Part shown: positions 38,762-48,430 of the stretch, one piece after another | Layout of the letters: the number at the start of each line of letters is the position of its first letter | Position numbering within the stretch: the stretch's first letter is position 1 | Source of the DNA: an uncultured Thiomicrospira sp. | GTDB lineage: Bacteria > Pseudomonadota > Gammaproteobacteria > CAKMZV01 | DNA: 64,000 bases | Assembly (NCBI GenBank): GCA_965195345.1 | Contig: OZ239628.1 | Location: forward strand, 320,001-384,000 | Reading direction: 5' to 3' | The notes under the pieces: model-generated | What the model was told of the DNA's origin: nothing | What the model saw: the letters and a program-made list of their open reading frames with translations, nothing else | The model's database searches: none | Made by a program: the position numbers and the translations under genes

Positions 38762-40071
38762 CTTCTGCCACTATTGCAGCTATTGCTACCCCTTCAGGTT
38801 ATGGTGGCATCGGGGTAATCCGTATCTCGGGTAGTGAGTCGTTGTCTATATCTCGACAGTTAAGTCAAATTGAACCAGAGCCTAGACACGCCCATTTCGT
38901 CAATTTTTATGATGAAGATGGCTCCATTATTGACGATGGACTGCTTTTATATTTTCCTAGACCTCATTCCTATACTGGAGAAGATGTTATTGAGTTGCAT
39001 GGGCATGGTGGTCCAGTTGTTCTCAATCAACTTTTAAAACGGGTGTTTTCTTGCGGAGGCGAACCTGCAGATCCAGGTGCTTTTTCACAGCGTGCATTTA
39101 TCAACGACAAATTAAGCCTTGATCAAGCTGAAGCCATTATGGCACTCATTCATGCTTCATCCGAGCAAGCAGCGTCTGCCGCTCGAAATAGCTTGCAAGG
39201 AGAGTTTGCCAAAGAAGTTGAATCCTTGCGAGTAACCATTCAGCATATGCGTATTTGGGTGGAGTCGGCTATTGACTTTCCTGAAGAAGAGATAGATTTC
39301 TTGAACGACCAATCTTTGCTTGAACAGATGCAATTGAATGAAGATGCATTGCATGCTTTACAAGTAAAAAGCAAGACAGGGCAGTTGCTCACCGAAGGAG
39401 TACGTGTTGTTATTGCAGGTGCTCCTAACGTTGGTAAATCGAGCTTGTTGAACGCGTTGAGTGAGCAAGATAACGCGATAGTTTCTGATGTCGCAGGAAC
39501 AACTCGCGATGCAATAAACACACAAATTCTAATAGACGGATTATTGCTGAACATCACAGATACTGCTGGTTTAAGGGATAGCACAGACCCGATAGAACAA
39601 GAAGGAATAAAGCGAACCCATCAGGTGTTAGAAAAAGCTGATTTGGCTTTGATAATGTGCAGTGCTGACCAAATACAAAGTGACGAGAAAACGCAATTTC
39701 TTGATTGTCCGAGCATCGTTGTTTTTAATAAAATTGACTTGCTTACCGATGAAAGAAGAGTACCTGAAGGGGTAATTGCATTGTCATTGAAAACCATGCA
39801 AGGCTTTGAAGAGCTAAAAAAAGCAATTTTGGGAAAAGTTGGATTTATGCCCACAACGAGCACCTACAGTGTTCGACAACGCCATCTTGACATCATTGCT
39901 AAAGTGTCGGATCATCTCGCAAATGCCAGAAAGAATTTACAAAAACAAAGAGGGGAAATTCTTGCCGAAGAATTGCGTTTGGCAAGCGATGCACTTGGTG
40001 AAATCACAGGGAAAATGTTAGCTGATGATTTACTTGGAGATATTTTCTCAAAATTTTGTATTGGTAAATAG
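38725..40071 (+). CDS. mnmE: tRNA modification GTPase MnmE (TrmE)
   Basis: IAAIATPSG, GAPNVGKSS, DTAG, NKID and C-terminal FCIGK. Confidence 0.97.
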   Translation: MGNYQTRGSRKIASATIAAIATPSGYGGIGVIRISGSESLSISRQLSQIEPEPRHAHFVNFYDEDGSIIDDGLLLYFPRPHSYTGEDVIELHGHGGPVVLNQLLKRVFSCGGEPADPGAFSQRAFINDKLSLDQAEAIMALIHASSEQAASAARNSLQGEFAKEVESLRVTIQHMRIWVESAIDFPEEEIDFLNDQSLLEQMQLNEDALHALQVKSKTGQLLTEGVRVVIAGAPNVGKSSLLNALSEQDNAIVSDVAGTTRDAINTQILIDGLLLNITDTAGLRDSTDPIEQEGIKRTHQVLEKADLALIMCSADQIQSDEKTQFLDCPSIVVFNKIDLLTDERRVPEGVIALSLKTMQGFEELKKAILGKVGFMPTTSTYSVRQRHLDIIAKVSDHLANARKNLQKQRGEILAEELRLASDALGEITGKMLADDLLGDIFSKFCIGK

Positions 40072-40140
40072 ATAGTAGGTGAAGCAGAATGTGTTTAAAA
40101 GATAAATACTCAAATATTAAGAGATATTGTTGGAAAAGGT

Positions 40141-40175
40141 TGGAGGCGCGACCTAAATTGAGATTAGGTTATGCG
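40141..40175 (-). repeat. Eroded tRNA-Cys-like 3' fragment (possible att scar or tRNA pseudogene)
   Basis: Minus strand reads CCTAA-TCTCAAT-TTAGG-TCGCGCC-T-CCA: T-arm geometry, acceptor strand, U discriminator and CCA. It lacks GTTC and a matching 5' half. Confidence 0.35.
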
Positions 40176-40282
40176 TTTAATAAAATCTTGTTGACTTGAA
40201 AAGTATGAAGCCACTAATGAAATATAGAGGTGGAAAGTCAAAAAACTCATTGAATGCCCGTCTATTAAAACTGCTTTTTATT

Positions 40283-40744
40283 TTATATGATGCCTTGGTC
40301 TAAGCTAACAGCCATAGTGGTTGATAGGGTCTGGCATTGGTCAAGGAAGGAATTTTTCCAATCACCGTGTAAAATGATAGCGGGTTGTACCCATCTCCAT
40401 CGCAGTCCAGCGGTAATGCTCTCCAAGGCGTTCTTTGTGCCTGTTCCATCTAATTTTGCTCGAATGACAGCGGCAACGGGCATCCCTTGTTTAATTTCAA
40501 GGCAAGGGTAGTATATACGGTCAAAAAAATCTTTCATGGCGCCACTCATATAACCTAAGTTCTCAGTGGTTGACAGTATTATTGCATCAGCCTCTAACAC
40601 CATTTGAGGAGTGGTTTTTAAAGGATGTTGTAGTTGAAAGCTGCTCTCTTCCAATATTTCGGACTGAGCGCCTATGCGTAATGCATCCGCAATGCGTTGA
40701 GTATTAGAGGATGGTGTGTGTGCAACAATTAGTAATTTTTTCAT
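40283..40744 (-). CDS. Flavodoxin family protein
   Basis: LIVAHTPSSNT and TENLGYMSGAMKDFFDR flavodoxin-fold motifs. Confidence 0.85.
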   Translation of the reverse strand: MKKLLIVAHTPSSNTQRIADALRIGAQSEILEESSFQLQHPLKTTPQMVLEADAIILSTTENLGYMSGAMKDFFDRIYYPCLEIKQGMPVAAVIRAKLDGTGTKNALESITAGLRWRWVQPAIILHGDWKNSFLDQCQTLSTTMAVSLDQGII

Positions 40745-40769
40745 TTTAATGCTTTTTGCCTTGACGCTT

Positions 40770-41627
40770 TCATGATGAATCATCAGTAGTGCGTTCTATC
40801 ATCCACGTATATAGTTTATTCCTATTATCGTTGGTGATCTTTGCCACTATTTTTGCAGCTCGAGTGTGTCCAATTTCTTTTGCTAAGGCAAGTGCAATGC
40901 TTTTTCCTTGCTCGCTAAGTTGATCGGTTTGTGTTGCAACTGAAGGAATAACGATAACAAATTCACCGCGAACCCAATCAGGGTTCTCATCAAATTGTTG
41001 TTTGATATCGACAGCACTTCCAACAATGAAACGCTCAAACCGTTTTGTCAGTTCTTTGGCAACGACAATGTTGGTCATATTTGGAACAATGGCGATTAAA
41101 TCGTCAATGGTGCTGAGGATACGATGAGGTGCTTCATAGAAAACACTGGTGTGATTTAGTTCAACTGCCGATATGAGTTGTTTGCGCCGAGATACTTGAC
41201 GGTTTGATAAGAAACCAAAAAAGGTGAATGGTTGCGTTGGAACACCTGCTGCACTCAACACAGCGGTTAATGAACTGGGTCCTGGAATTGGATGGACAGT
41301 GATTTTGTTTTTGTGGCATTCGCGGACTAAAACATAGCCTGGATCAGAAATAAGTGGTGTACCAGCATCACTAATTAAAGCAAAAGATTTTCCGTTCACT
41401 ATTGCTTCAATTATTTTTTTGGAGGTTTGTGCTTCATTGTATTCGTGATACGCTTGTAGGTTTTTTGCTCTTATTCCGAGTAAGTTGAGTAGGTTTTTAC
41501 TGGTTCGAGTGTCCTCACACAACACGGTATCAACGGTTTGTAATATTTCCATCGCGCGCATAGAAATGTCTTGAGAGTTTCCTATAGGGGTTGCTACTAT
41601 GTATAATTCACCTATGAATTCATTCAT
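40770..41627 (-). CDS. rsmI: 16S rRNA (cytidine(1402)-2'-O)-methyltransferase
   Basis: LYIVATPIGN, CEDTR, SDAGTPLISDPG and FYEAPHR motifs. Confidence 0.96.
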   Translation of the reverse strand: MNEFIGELYIVATPIGNSQDISMRAMEILQTVDTVLCEDTRTSKNLLNLLGIRAKNLQAYHEYNEAQTSKKIIEAIVNGKSFALISDAGTPLISDPGYVLVRECHKNKITVHPIPGPSSLTAVLSAAGVPTQPFTFFGFLSNRQVSRRKQLISAVELNHTSVFYEAPHRILSTIDDLIAIVPNMTNIVVAKELTKRFERFIVGSAVDIKQQFDENPDWVRGEFVIVIPSVATQTDQLSEQGKSIALALAKEIGHTRAAKIVAKITNDNRNKLYTWMIERTTDDSS

Positions 41628-42864
41628 TCATTCATTTTATCCCTTACAGCAGGTTTTTACTTTATTGTTCATCCTATTTTGCTTGGGTTTGGGTGGTTGT
41701 GCGCAGACTCCTAAACAAAATCCCATTGAAGAAAACGAGCAAACGTTCAATGAGGATGCTGATATTCAAAAAATTTTGCAATTAGGAGAAAGTGAAGAGG
41801 GCGGCAATGAGAAAGGTACTATTACAAAAGCCGTTCCTAGAATAGAATTTTTATTGGATAGTGAAGAAAGCAATCAAGTAGCCGTGCTGTTGCCGCTAAG
41901 AGGGGAATTGATGCCTGCTGGCGAGGCTATTAAGGAAGGTATTTTACAAGCCTACTACGGACAAAACATCGGATACAAAGTGCAATTCTACGATACGCAT
42001 GGTAAAGACATTAATGCGCTCTACCAGCGTGTTCTGAAAAATGACGTTAACATGGTTATTGGTCCCTTACAAAAAAGTAACGTTGATGCATTAGGCTATT
42101 CTCCTAATGTGCTGAACATCCCCTTGAATCGCACAGGGAAAGCATCGAATGTATATCCTTTTGATATTACGGTTGAATCAGAGATCAAACAGCTTGCCGA
42201 AATTATTAAGCAAAGAGGATATTGCCGCATAATGTTTGTTTCATTGGATGGAAAGCGGGAAAGGCTTATCGGGGAAATGCTAAAACAGTATGTGCAGGAT
42301 AATGGAGGACAACTCAAAGAGCAGATTTACTTGCCTGTAAATCAAATTAATGAATCCACGAAAATACTAAGGAAAGCATTGCAGACAACGCGCATTCTGG
42401 AGGTGTCTGAAAATGAAAGGTTTGTCACTTTTGAAAGGGACGATTATCCGTTTGTTCGCCAAGATGTTGATGTTATTATCAGCCATTTGCCAGTGATTGA
42501 ATCTCGCCTTTATGTACCTCTATATAGATCGCTGGGTGGTGATTTGCCAGTGCTTTCTACCTCTGAGATGGTAGCTGGGGGGCATGATTTGGTTAGTGGC
42601 GATCCTGATTTAATTGGCATAGAATTTTTAGATCTTCCCTCGTCAAATATTAATAATGAAGGACGGCTTTTTCAAAACATTGGTTTCGACGCGATAATGT
42701 TAAGTAATGCTTTGCGCTTTTCTGAAAACTTTCAATTTCAAGGGAGAACAGGCAGTTATGAGTATAAAAACGGTAAAAGTATTAGGTTCTTAGATATTTA
42801 TCAAATAACTTCTGATGGGTTGAAAGTGAACGCACACGATCATCTTGTATTAGATGAGTCGTAA
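41614..42864 (+). CDS. lpoA: Penicillin-binding protein activator LpoA/LppC-family lipoprotein (short form)
   Basis: Lipobox LGGC; VAVLLPLRG, AIKEG and VIGPLQKSNV; conserved rsmI/lpoA/yraN synteny. Start 41614 is tentative. Confidence 0.8.
   Translation: MNSFIHSFYPLQQVFTLLFILFCLGLGGCAQTPKQNPIEENEQTFNEDADIQKILQLGESEEGGNEKGTITKAVPRIEFLLDSEESNQVAVLLPLRGELMPAGEAIKEGILQAYYGQNIGYKVQFYDTHGKDINALYQRVLKNDVNMVIGPLQKSNVDALGYSPNVLNIPLNRTGKASNVYPFDITVESEIKQLAEIIKQRGYCRIMFVSLDGKRERLIGEMLKQYVQDNGGQLKEQIYLPVNQINESTKILRKALQTTRILEVSENERFVTFERDDYPFVRQDVDVIISHLPVIESRLYVPLYRSLGGDLPVLSTSEMVAGGHDLVSGDPDLIGIEFLDLPSSNINNEGRLFQNIGFDAIMLSNALRFSENFQFQGRTGSYEYKNGKSIRFLDIYQITSDGLKVNAHDHLVLDES
41618..41636 (+). repeat. 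(ATTC)4+ATT short tandem repeat across the rsmI/lpoA start overlap
   Basis: ATTCATTCATTCATTCATT read directly from the sequence. Confidence 0.8.
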
Positions 42865-43204
42865 GACGGGAGCTTTTTATGAAAAGCAAACCTGTGATTG
42901 GTTGATTGAGAATAATTACCAAATTCTTAAACAAAATTTTTCTTGTAGGCATGGTGAGATTGACATAATTGCTCAAAATCCTCAAGGGGTGCTTTGTTTT
43001 GTTGAAGTGCGCTATAGGAAAGAGAACTTATATGGTGGTGCGCTCGCGTCTGTTAGCCGATCAAAACAGCTAAAGGTTATTAAAGCAGCGTGTTATTTTT
43101 TAACAGAATATGCGAAATATCGTGATTTCCCAATACGTTTTGACGTTTTTGCATGGGAAAGCGATCGATCTCCCAATGTCATTCAAAATGCATTTTCTGA
43201 GTGA
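42854..43204 (+). CDS. yraN: YraN (UPF0102) family protein
   Basis: GAFYE, GEIDII, FVEVRYR and RFDV motifs. Confidence 0.93.
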   Translation: MSRKTGAFYEKQTCDWLIENNYQILKQNFSCRHGEIDIIAQNPQGVLCFVEVRYRKENLYGGALASVSRSKQLKVIKAACYFLTEYAKYRDFPIRFDVFAWESDRSPNVIQNAFSE

Positions 43205-43385
43205 AAAGATTGATTAAAGAAAAATTCTGTTAATTTTAAAAAACGCATTTTTTTGAAAATACTTTGAATATTCTATTAAAAAATAATGCGCTGAAGGTTG
43301 TTTTTCGGTTATATTGTTTTTATAGGATATTGTAAATATACTAACGAACATTTATTGAATACTAAAATATTATAGGAGAACTAGT

Positions 43386-44477
43386 ATGAAGAATTGGCTA
43401 ACTAACGTACTTGCAACATTAGTACTGGTATTTACTGCAACTGCTTTTGCCGAAGGGGGAGTAGTGCACGTTTACAATTGGTCGGATTACATTGATGAAA
43501 GTATTCTGAGTGATTTTGAAAAAGAAACAGGCATTAAAGTCGTTTATGATGTGTTTGATTCCAATGATATTTTGGAAACAAAACTGCTTGCAGGTAACTC
43601 AGGGTATGATGTTGTTGTTCCTTCAGGTGCTTTTTTACAACGTCAAATTAAGGCTGGTGTTTTTAAAAAATTGGATAGATCAAAATTAACGAATTTTGAC
43701 AATATGTGGGATGTTATTTCTAATCGCACGTCTCGCTATGATCCAAAAAATCAATACTCGATAAACTATATGTGGGGCACCACAGGTCTTGGTTTAAACG
43801 AGCCAAAGATAAATGAACGCATACCAAATGCGCCATTAGATTCATGGGCTTTAGTGTTCGATGAAAAGTACATTTCAAAACTGGCTGATTGCGGCGTTTA
43901 TATGCTTGATGCACCTGATGAAATGATTCCTGCAGCGTTGAACTACATTGGTGAGAACCCAGCGAGTCATGATCCTAAAGTAATCGCTAAAGCGGAAGAA
44001 GTACTCAAAAAAATCCGCCCTTATGTGAAGAAATTTCACTCGTCAGAGTATATCAATGGGTTAGCAAATGGTGACATCTGTCTTGCTGTAGGATGGTCAG
44101 GTGATATTTTGCAAGCGCGTGACAGAGCGGCGGAAGCAGATAATGGCGTTGAGGTTTCCTACGTAATCCCTAAGGAAGGCGCATTGATGTGGTTTGATCA
44201 ATTGGCAATACCTAAGGATGCTAAAAATTCAGAGAATGCTTTAAAGTTTATAAACTACATCATGAATGATAAAGTGATGGCTAAGGCTTCTAATTATGTT
44301 TATTATGCTAATGGCAATCTCGCTTCACAAAAATATCTTGAAGAGGATGTGATAGATGATCCTGCGATTTACCCGCCGAGCGATGTAATAGACAACTTGT
44401 ATGTTGTCGAAGCATATCCACCAAAGGCTCAGCGTGTATTGACTCGTCTTTGGACAAAAGTTAAAAGTAATCTTTAA
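43386..44477 (+). CDS. potF: Putrescine ABC substrate-binding protein
   Basis: YNWSDYI, YDVVVPS, YMWGTTG, GWSGD and PKEGALMWFD motifs. Confidence 0.9.
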   Translation: MKNWLTNVLATLVLVFTATAFAEGGVVHVYNWSDYIDESILSDFEKETGIKVVYDVFDSNDILETKLLAGNSGYDVVVPSGAFLQRQIKAGVFKKLDRSKLTNFDNMWDVISNRTSRYDPKNQYSINYMWGTTGLGLNEPKINERIPNAPLDSWALVFDEKYISKLADCGVYMLDAPDEMIPAALNYIGENPASHDPKVIAKAEEVLKKIRPYVKKFHSSEYINGLANGDICLAVGWSGDILQARDRAAEADNGVEVSYVIPKEGALMWFDQLAIPKDAKNSENALKFINYIMNDKVMAKASNYVYYANGNLASQKYLEEDVIDDPAIYPPSDVIDNLYVVEAYPPKAQRVLTRLWTKVKSNL

Positions 44478-44507
44478 TTGCTAATAGTCTAAGTATTTGC
44501 GCTGACA

Positions 44508-45857
44508 TTGATGTTAGATTGGCTTCGAAAAAATAATATTGAGAATATTGAGTTTTCAATTGTTGATTACGCTGGTCTTTCTCGAGGGAAGATGGTTGAG
44601 GTTGAGACGCTCCATTGTGATAAAGCACAAAGAATACCAATTGATGCCTTTGCGCAGACAATTGAAGGCGAGTATGTTCAGGTGCTTAATGAGGAAGGGA
44701 AGAACTTCAATCCTTTGGATAGAGACGTTTTGATGATGGCGGATGAGACAACCATCCAGCCGATACCATGGCTCAATAGACCAAGTGCTTCTGTGATTTG
44801 TGATGCGGTTTATTCTGATGGATCCACTGTTGATTTTGCGCCTCGGCAAGTCCTAAAGAATGTCCTTAAACGTTATCATAGTAAAGGGTTAACTCCAGTC
44901 GTTGCTCCTGAGCTAGAATTCTATCTTTTTAAGGCGCCAGTGGCGACTGATGATGGGTTGCAATTTGCTCGAGGTATTAATACAGCGCACTTTATAGAAA
45001 GTCAGCCTTACAGCGTGGAATGCTTGAATGGGTTGGGTGATTTTTTTGATGAGGTTTGTACGGCGTGCCGTATTCAAAGTATTCATTGCGACACGTTGGT
45101 TAAAGAAGTTGCGGCTGGGCAATACGAGATTAATTTAAAACACGGTGATGCACTTGCTAGAGCAGATGAGGCGATGCGATTCAAGCGAACGGTGCGAAGT
45201 GTTGCTAAAAAGCACGGAATGCAAGCATGCTTTATGGCAAAGATTAAGGAAAAAATTCCTGGAAACTCTATGCACATTCATCAAAGTTTGCAGGATGAGT
45301 CAGGCAAAAACTTGTTCAGTGATGCAGACGGTAAGAATACAGAATTATTTAGATATTTTATAGGCGGATTGAAGAGGTATTTACCAGAAGCTACGGCGAT
45401 TTTAATGCCCTATGTTAACTCTTATAGACGTATAGAGCCTTATTTATGCGCGCCACTCAATGTGCAATGGTCACAAGATAATAGGACAGTTGGATTGCGC
45501 ATACCAGAGCCTGATAGTAAAGGATTTGATAGATCAAGACGCATTGAAAACCGAATACCTGGGGCCGATTGTAATCCATATTTGGCTTTTGCTGTGACAT
45601 TGGCAGCGGGTCTTCAAGGCATTGAAGAGTGTATTGACCCTGGTGCGCCTTATGCAGGAAATGCATATGAACTGCCATTAGAGTTTCCTTCTAACCTTAG
45701 TTCTGCGTTGGAGAAGTTTGAGGGCAGTGACACATTAAAGATGCTTCTTGGTTCCGAAAGTATTCGGTTTTTTAGTGCAATTAAGCGTGCTGAACTCAAA
45801 TCGTTTAAAACAGTAGTGACCCCTTGGGAATTTCAACACTTGTCAGGGGTAGTATAG
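44508..45857 (+). CDS. puuA: Gamma-glutamylpolyamine synthetase (glutamine synthetase family, PuuA/PauA/SpuB-like)
   Basis: APELEFYL, GQYEIN, PGNSMHIHQS, DNRTVGLRIP and RIENRIPGADCNPYL; located in a polyamine operon. Confidence 0.8.
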   Translation: MMLDWLRKNNIENIEFSIVDYAGLSRGKMVEVETLHCDKAQRIPIDAFAQTIEGEYVQVLNEEGKNFNPLDRDVLMMADETTIQPIPWLNRPSASVICDAVYSDGSTVDFAPRQVLKNVLKRYHSKGLTPVVAPELEFYLFKAPVATDDGLQFARGINTAHFIESQPYSVECLNGLGDFFDEVCTACRIQSIHCDTLVKEVAAGQYEINLKHGDALARADEAMRFKRTVRSVAKKHGMQACFMAKIKEKIPGNSMHIHQSLQDESGKNLFSDADGKNTELFRYFIGGLKRYLPEATAILMPYVNSYRRIEPYLCAPLNVQWSQDNRTVGLRIPEPDSKGFDRSRRIENRIPGADCNPYLAFAVTLAAGLQGIEECIDPGAPYAGNAYELPLEFPSNLSSALEKFEGSDTLKMLLGSESIRFFSAIKRAELKSFKTVVTPWEFQHLSGVV

Positions 45858-45900
45858 AGTAAATAAATGTGTTGATAGTGAACTTCAAACTTGGAAAATT

Positions 45901-47268
45901 ATGCATGATTTAACTAAAAAAATTCAAAACATGGATGCATCGCATCACATACATCCTTTCTCCGATTCAAAAATTCTCAATAAGAATGGCGCAAAAGTCA
46001 TTACAAAAGCCGACGGTGTTTGGCTTTGGGATTCGGATGGTAATAAAATTCTTGACGGCATGGCAGGTTTGTGGTGTGTCAATATCGGCTATGGACATAC
46101 GACTTTCGGCGATGTGCTGAAAAAGCAAGTAGAGGAATTGCCTTATTACAATTTGTTTTTTCAAACAACGCATCCGAAAATTGCCGAGCTTTCTCAAGTT
46201 CTTGATGCGTTAACGCCAGAGCATATGCATCACGTTTTTTTCTGTTCTTCAGGTTCAGAAGCAAACGACACAGTGGTGCGTATGGTACGCCACTATTGGG
46301 CAAGTAAAGGGCAAGCAGAAAAAAGCATAGTAATCAGTCGACATAATGCATATCACGGTTCAACAATGGCCGCCGCAAGTCTTGGTGGGATGAAGCCAAT
46401 GCATGCCCAAGGTGGTTTGCCTATACCAGGAATTGTTCATATTAACCAACCTTATTGGTATGGTGAGGGTGGAGATATGTCTCCTGAAGATTTTGGATTG
46501 AAGGTCGCTCGTGAGCTTGAAGAAAAAATCCTTGAGTTGGGTGAAGAAAAAGTGGCGGCTTTTATCGCTGAACCGATACAAGGCGCTGGAGGCGTTATTG
46601 TGCCACCATCGACATATTGGCCTGAAGTAAAAAGGATACTCGATAAATACGATATTTTATTTGTATGCGACGAAGTAATTTGTGGTTTTGGTCGTTTGGG
46701 TGAGTGGTTTGGGGCACAATCTTATGAATTGAAACCTGATTTGATGGCAATTGCAAAAGGCTTGACTTCAGGGTATGTGCCAATGGGAGGTGTGGTGATA
46801 TCGGAGAAAGTGGCGGATGTATTAATTAACCAAGGTGGTGAATTTACGCATGGTTATACGTATTCAGGACATCCATTATCCGCAGTTGCTGCATTAGAGA
46901 ATATTCGCATTTTTAAAGAATACAACTACGTTGACAAAGTACGTGAAGAAACTGGTCCATACCTACAAAAAAGATTCGAAGAGTTAAACGAATATTCACA
47001 TGTAGGGGAAACAAGAGGCAAAGGGATGCTTGCGGCGATAGAAATATGCAAGGATAAGGATACAAGAACTCCTTTTCATTCTGATCATAACATTGGAAAG
47101 ATGGGCGTTCGTATTTGTATTCAACATAATTTAGTCATGCGAGCAATTAAAAATTCAATGGTTGTCTCCCCTCCTCTATGCATAACGAAAGAGGAAATTG
47201 ATCAAATGATGGATAAAATACATGCTGTATTGAAACAACTTGGAGAAGAGATTAAAGGACTGGATTAA
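45901..47268 (+). CDS. spuC: Putrescine-pyruvate (class III) aminotransferase, SpuC-like
   Basis: DGMAGLWCVN, SGSEAND, AYHGST, EPIQGAGGV and DEVICGFGR motifs; PLP lysine in AKG. Confidence 0.85.
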   Translation: MHDLTKKIQNMDASHHIHPFSDSKILNKNGAKVITKADGVWLWDSDGNKILDGMAGLWCVNIGYGHTTFGDVLKKQVEELPYYNLFFQTTHPKIAELSQVLDALTPEHMHHVFFCSSGSEANDTVVRMVRHYWASKGQAEKSIVISRHNAYHGSTMAAASLGGMKPMHAQGGLPIPGIVHINQPYWYGEGGDMSPEDFGLKVARELEEKILELGEEKVAAFIAEPIQGAGGVIVPPSTYWPEVKRILDKYDILFVCDEVICGFGRLGEWFGAQSYELKPDLMAIAKGLTSGYVPMGGVVISEKVADVLINQGGEFTHGYTYSGHPLSAVAALENIRIFKEYNYVDKVREETGPYLQKRFEELNEYSHVGETRGKGMLAAIEICKDKDTRTPFHSDHNIGKMGVRICIQHNLVMRAIKNSMVVSPPLCITKEEIDQMMDKIHAVLKQLGEEIKGLD

Positions 47269-47275
47269 AGCGAGT

Positions 47276-48424
47276 ATGAACAACAATAGCAGTGCTGATT
47301 CCCCTTGGATGGATGAGTCGATTCAGCCTTTTTTGAAAATTCAGAATTTAAGTAAATCATTCGAGAATGCTAAAGCTTTAGATAGTATTTCATTAGAAGT
47401 ATATCGGAAAGAATTTTTTGCTTTGCTGGGACCGTCCGGTTGTGGAAAATCAACTTTGCTAAGAATTCTTGCTGGATTTGAAGCTCCAGATGAAGGTGCT
47501 GTAACGCTTGAAAACGAATCCATTGTCGAAATTCCTGTTTATAAAAGACCAATAAATATGATGTTTCAGTCGTACGCGTTGTTTCCGCATATGACGGTAG
47601 AACAAAACATCGCTTTTGGCTTGAAGCAAGAAAAACTTGACAAATCAGAGATAAAAGAACGTACGGATAAAGCAATTGAGTTAGTTCAGTTAAATCAATT
47701 TGCCCGACGTAAACCCAATCAATTATCTGGAGGGCAACAGCAGAGAGCAGCATTAGCGCGTAGTTTGGTTAAAGGACCGAAATTATTATTGCTGGATGAG
47801 CCTCTTGGTGCTCTTGATAAAAAATTGCGGCAAGAAACTCAGTTTGAGCTGGTTGATTTGCAAGAGAAGTTAGAAATGACTTTCATTATTGTCACGCATG
47901 ACCAAGAAGAAGCAATGACGGTGGCATCGCGCATTGCTGTCATGGATCATGGGAAAGTTGTGCAAGTGGGTACGCCATTAGAAATGTATGAATTCCCTCA
48001 AACACGCTTTGTAGCTCATTTCATCGGTGATGTGAATATTTTTGATTCTGAGGTGACATCGGTGGAGGATGGATGTTGCTTTGTAGCGTGCGCTGATATA
48101 GGAAAAACATTAGGAGTGCAACAAGGACAGCCAGAATCAGCTTTTCATACAGGAGATAAGGTTGGCTTTGCTATTCGACCAGAAAAAATCAGCATCCACA
48201 AATCGAATGGAGAAAATAAGGACTCCAACAGCAGTGTTGAAGGGACGGTTTATGACATTGGTTATTTGGGAGGTTGCTCGGTTTACCATGTTCAGCTTGC
48301 AACTGGAAAAATGATGGTGGCGAGTGTCAACAATAATCTACGACAGGAGTTTATGCCTATTACATGGAACGATAAAGTCATACTAAGCTGGAATGTTACG
48401 TCAGGGCTGTTACTCAAATCATAA
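47276..48424 (+). CDS. potG: Putrescine ABC ATP-binding protein
   Basis: GPSGCGKST, MMFQSYALFPHM and LSGGQQQR; ATG 47276 preferred over TTG 47240. Confidence 0.88.
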   Translation: MNNNSSADSPWMDESIQPFLKIQNLSKSFENAKALDSISLEVYRKEFFALLGPSGCGKSTLLRILAGFEAPDEGAVTLENESIVEIPVYKRPINMMFQSYALFPHMTVEQNIAFGLKQEKLDKSEIKERTDKAIELVQLNQFARRKPNQLSGGQQQRAALARSLVKGPKLLLLDEPLGALDKKLRQETQFELVDLQEKLEMTFIIVTHDQEEAMTVASRIAVMDHGKVVQVGTPLEMYEFPQTRFVAHFIGDVNIFDSEVTSVEDGCCFVACADIGKTLGVQQGQPESAFHTGDKVGFAIRPEKISIHKSNGENKDSNSSVEGTVYDIGYLGGCSVYHVQLATGKMMVASVNNNLRQEFMPITWNDKVILSWNVTSGLLLKS

Positions 48425-48430
48425 TTTTTC

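Noticed and set aside
43205-43385. Possible PuuR/PauR operator upstream of potF
   Set aside because: The region is extremely AT-rich and offers only loose, imperfect palindromes that cannot be distinguished from background.
44508-45857. Calling the glutamine-synthetase-family gene glnA
   Set aside because: Its length, motifs and polyamine-operon context fit PuuA/PauA-type gamma-glutamyl ligases better.
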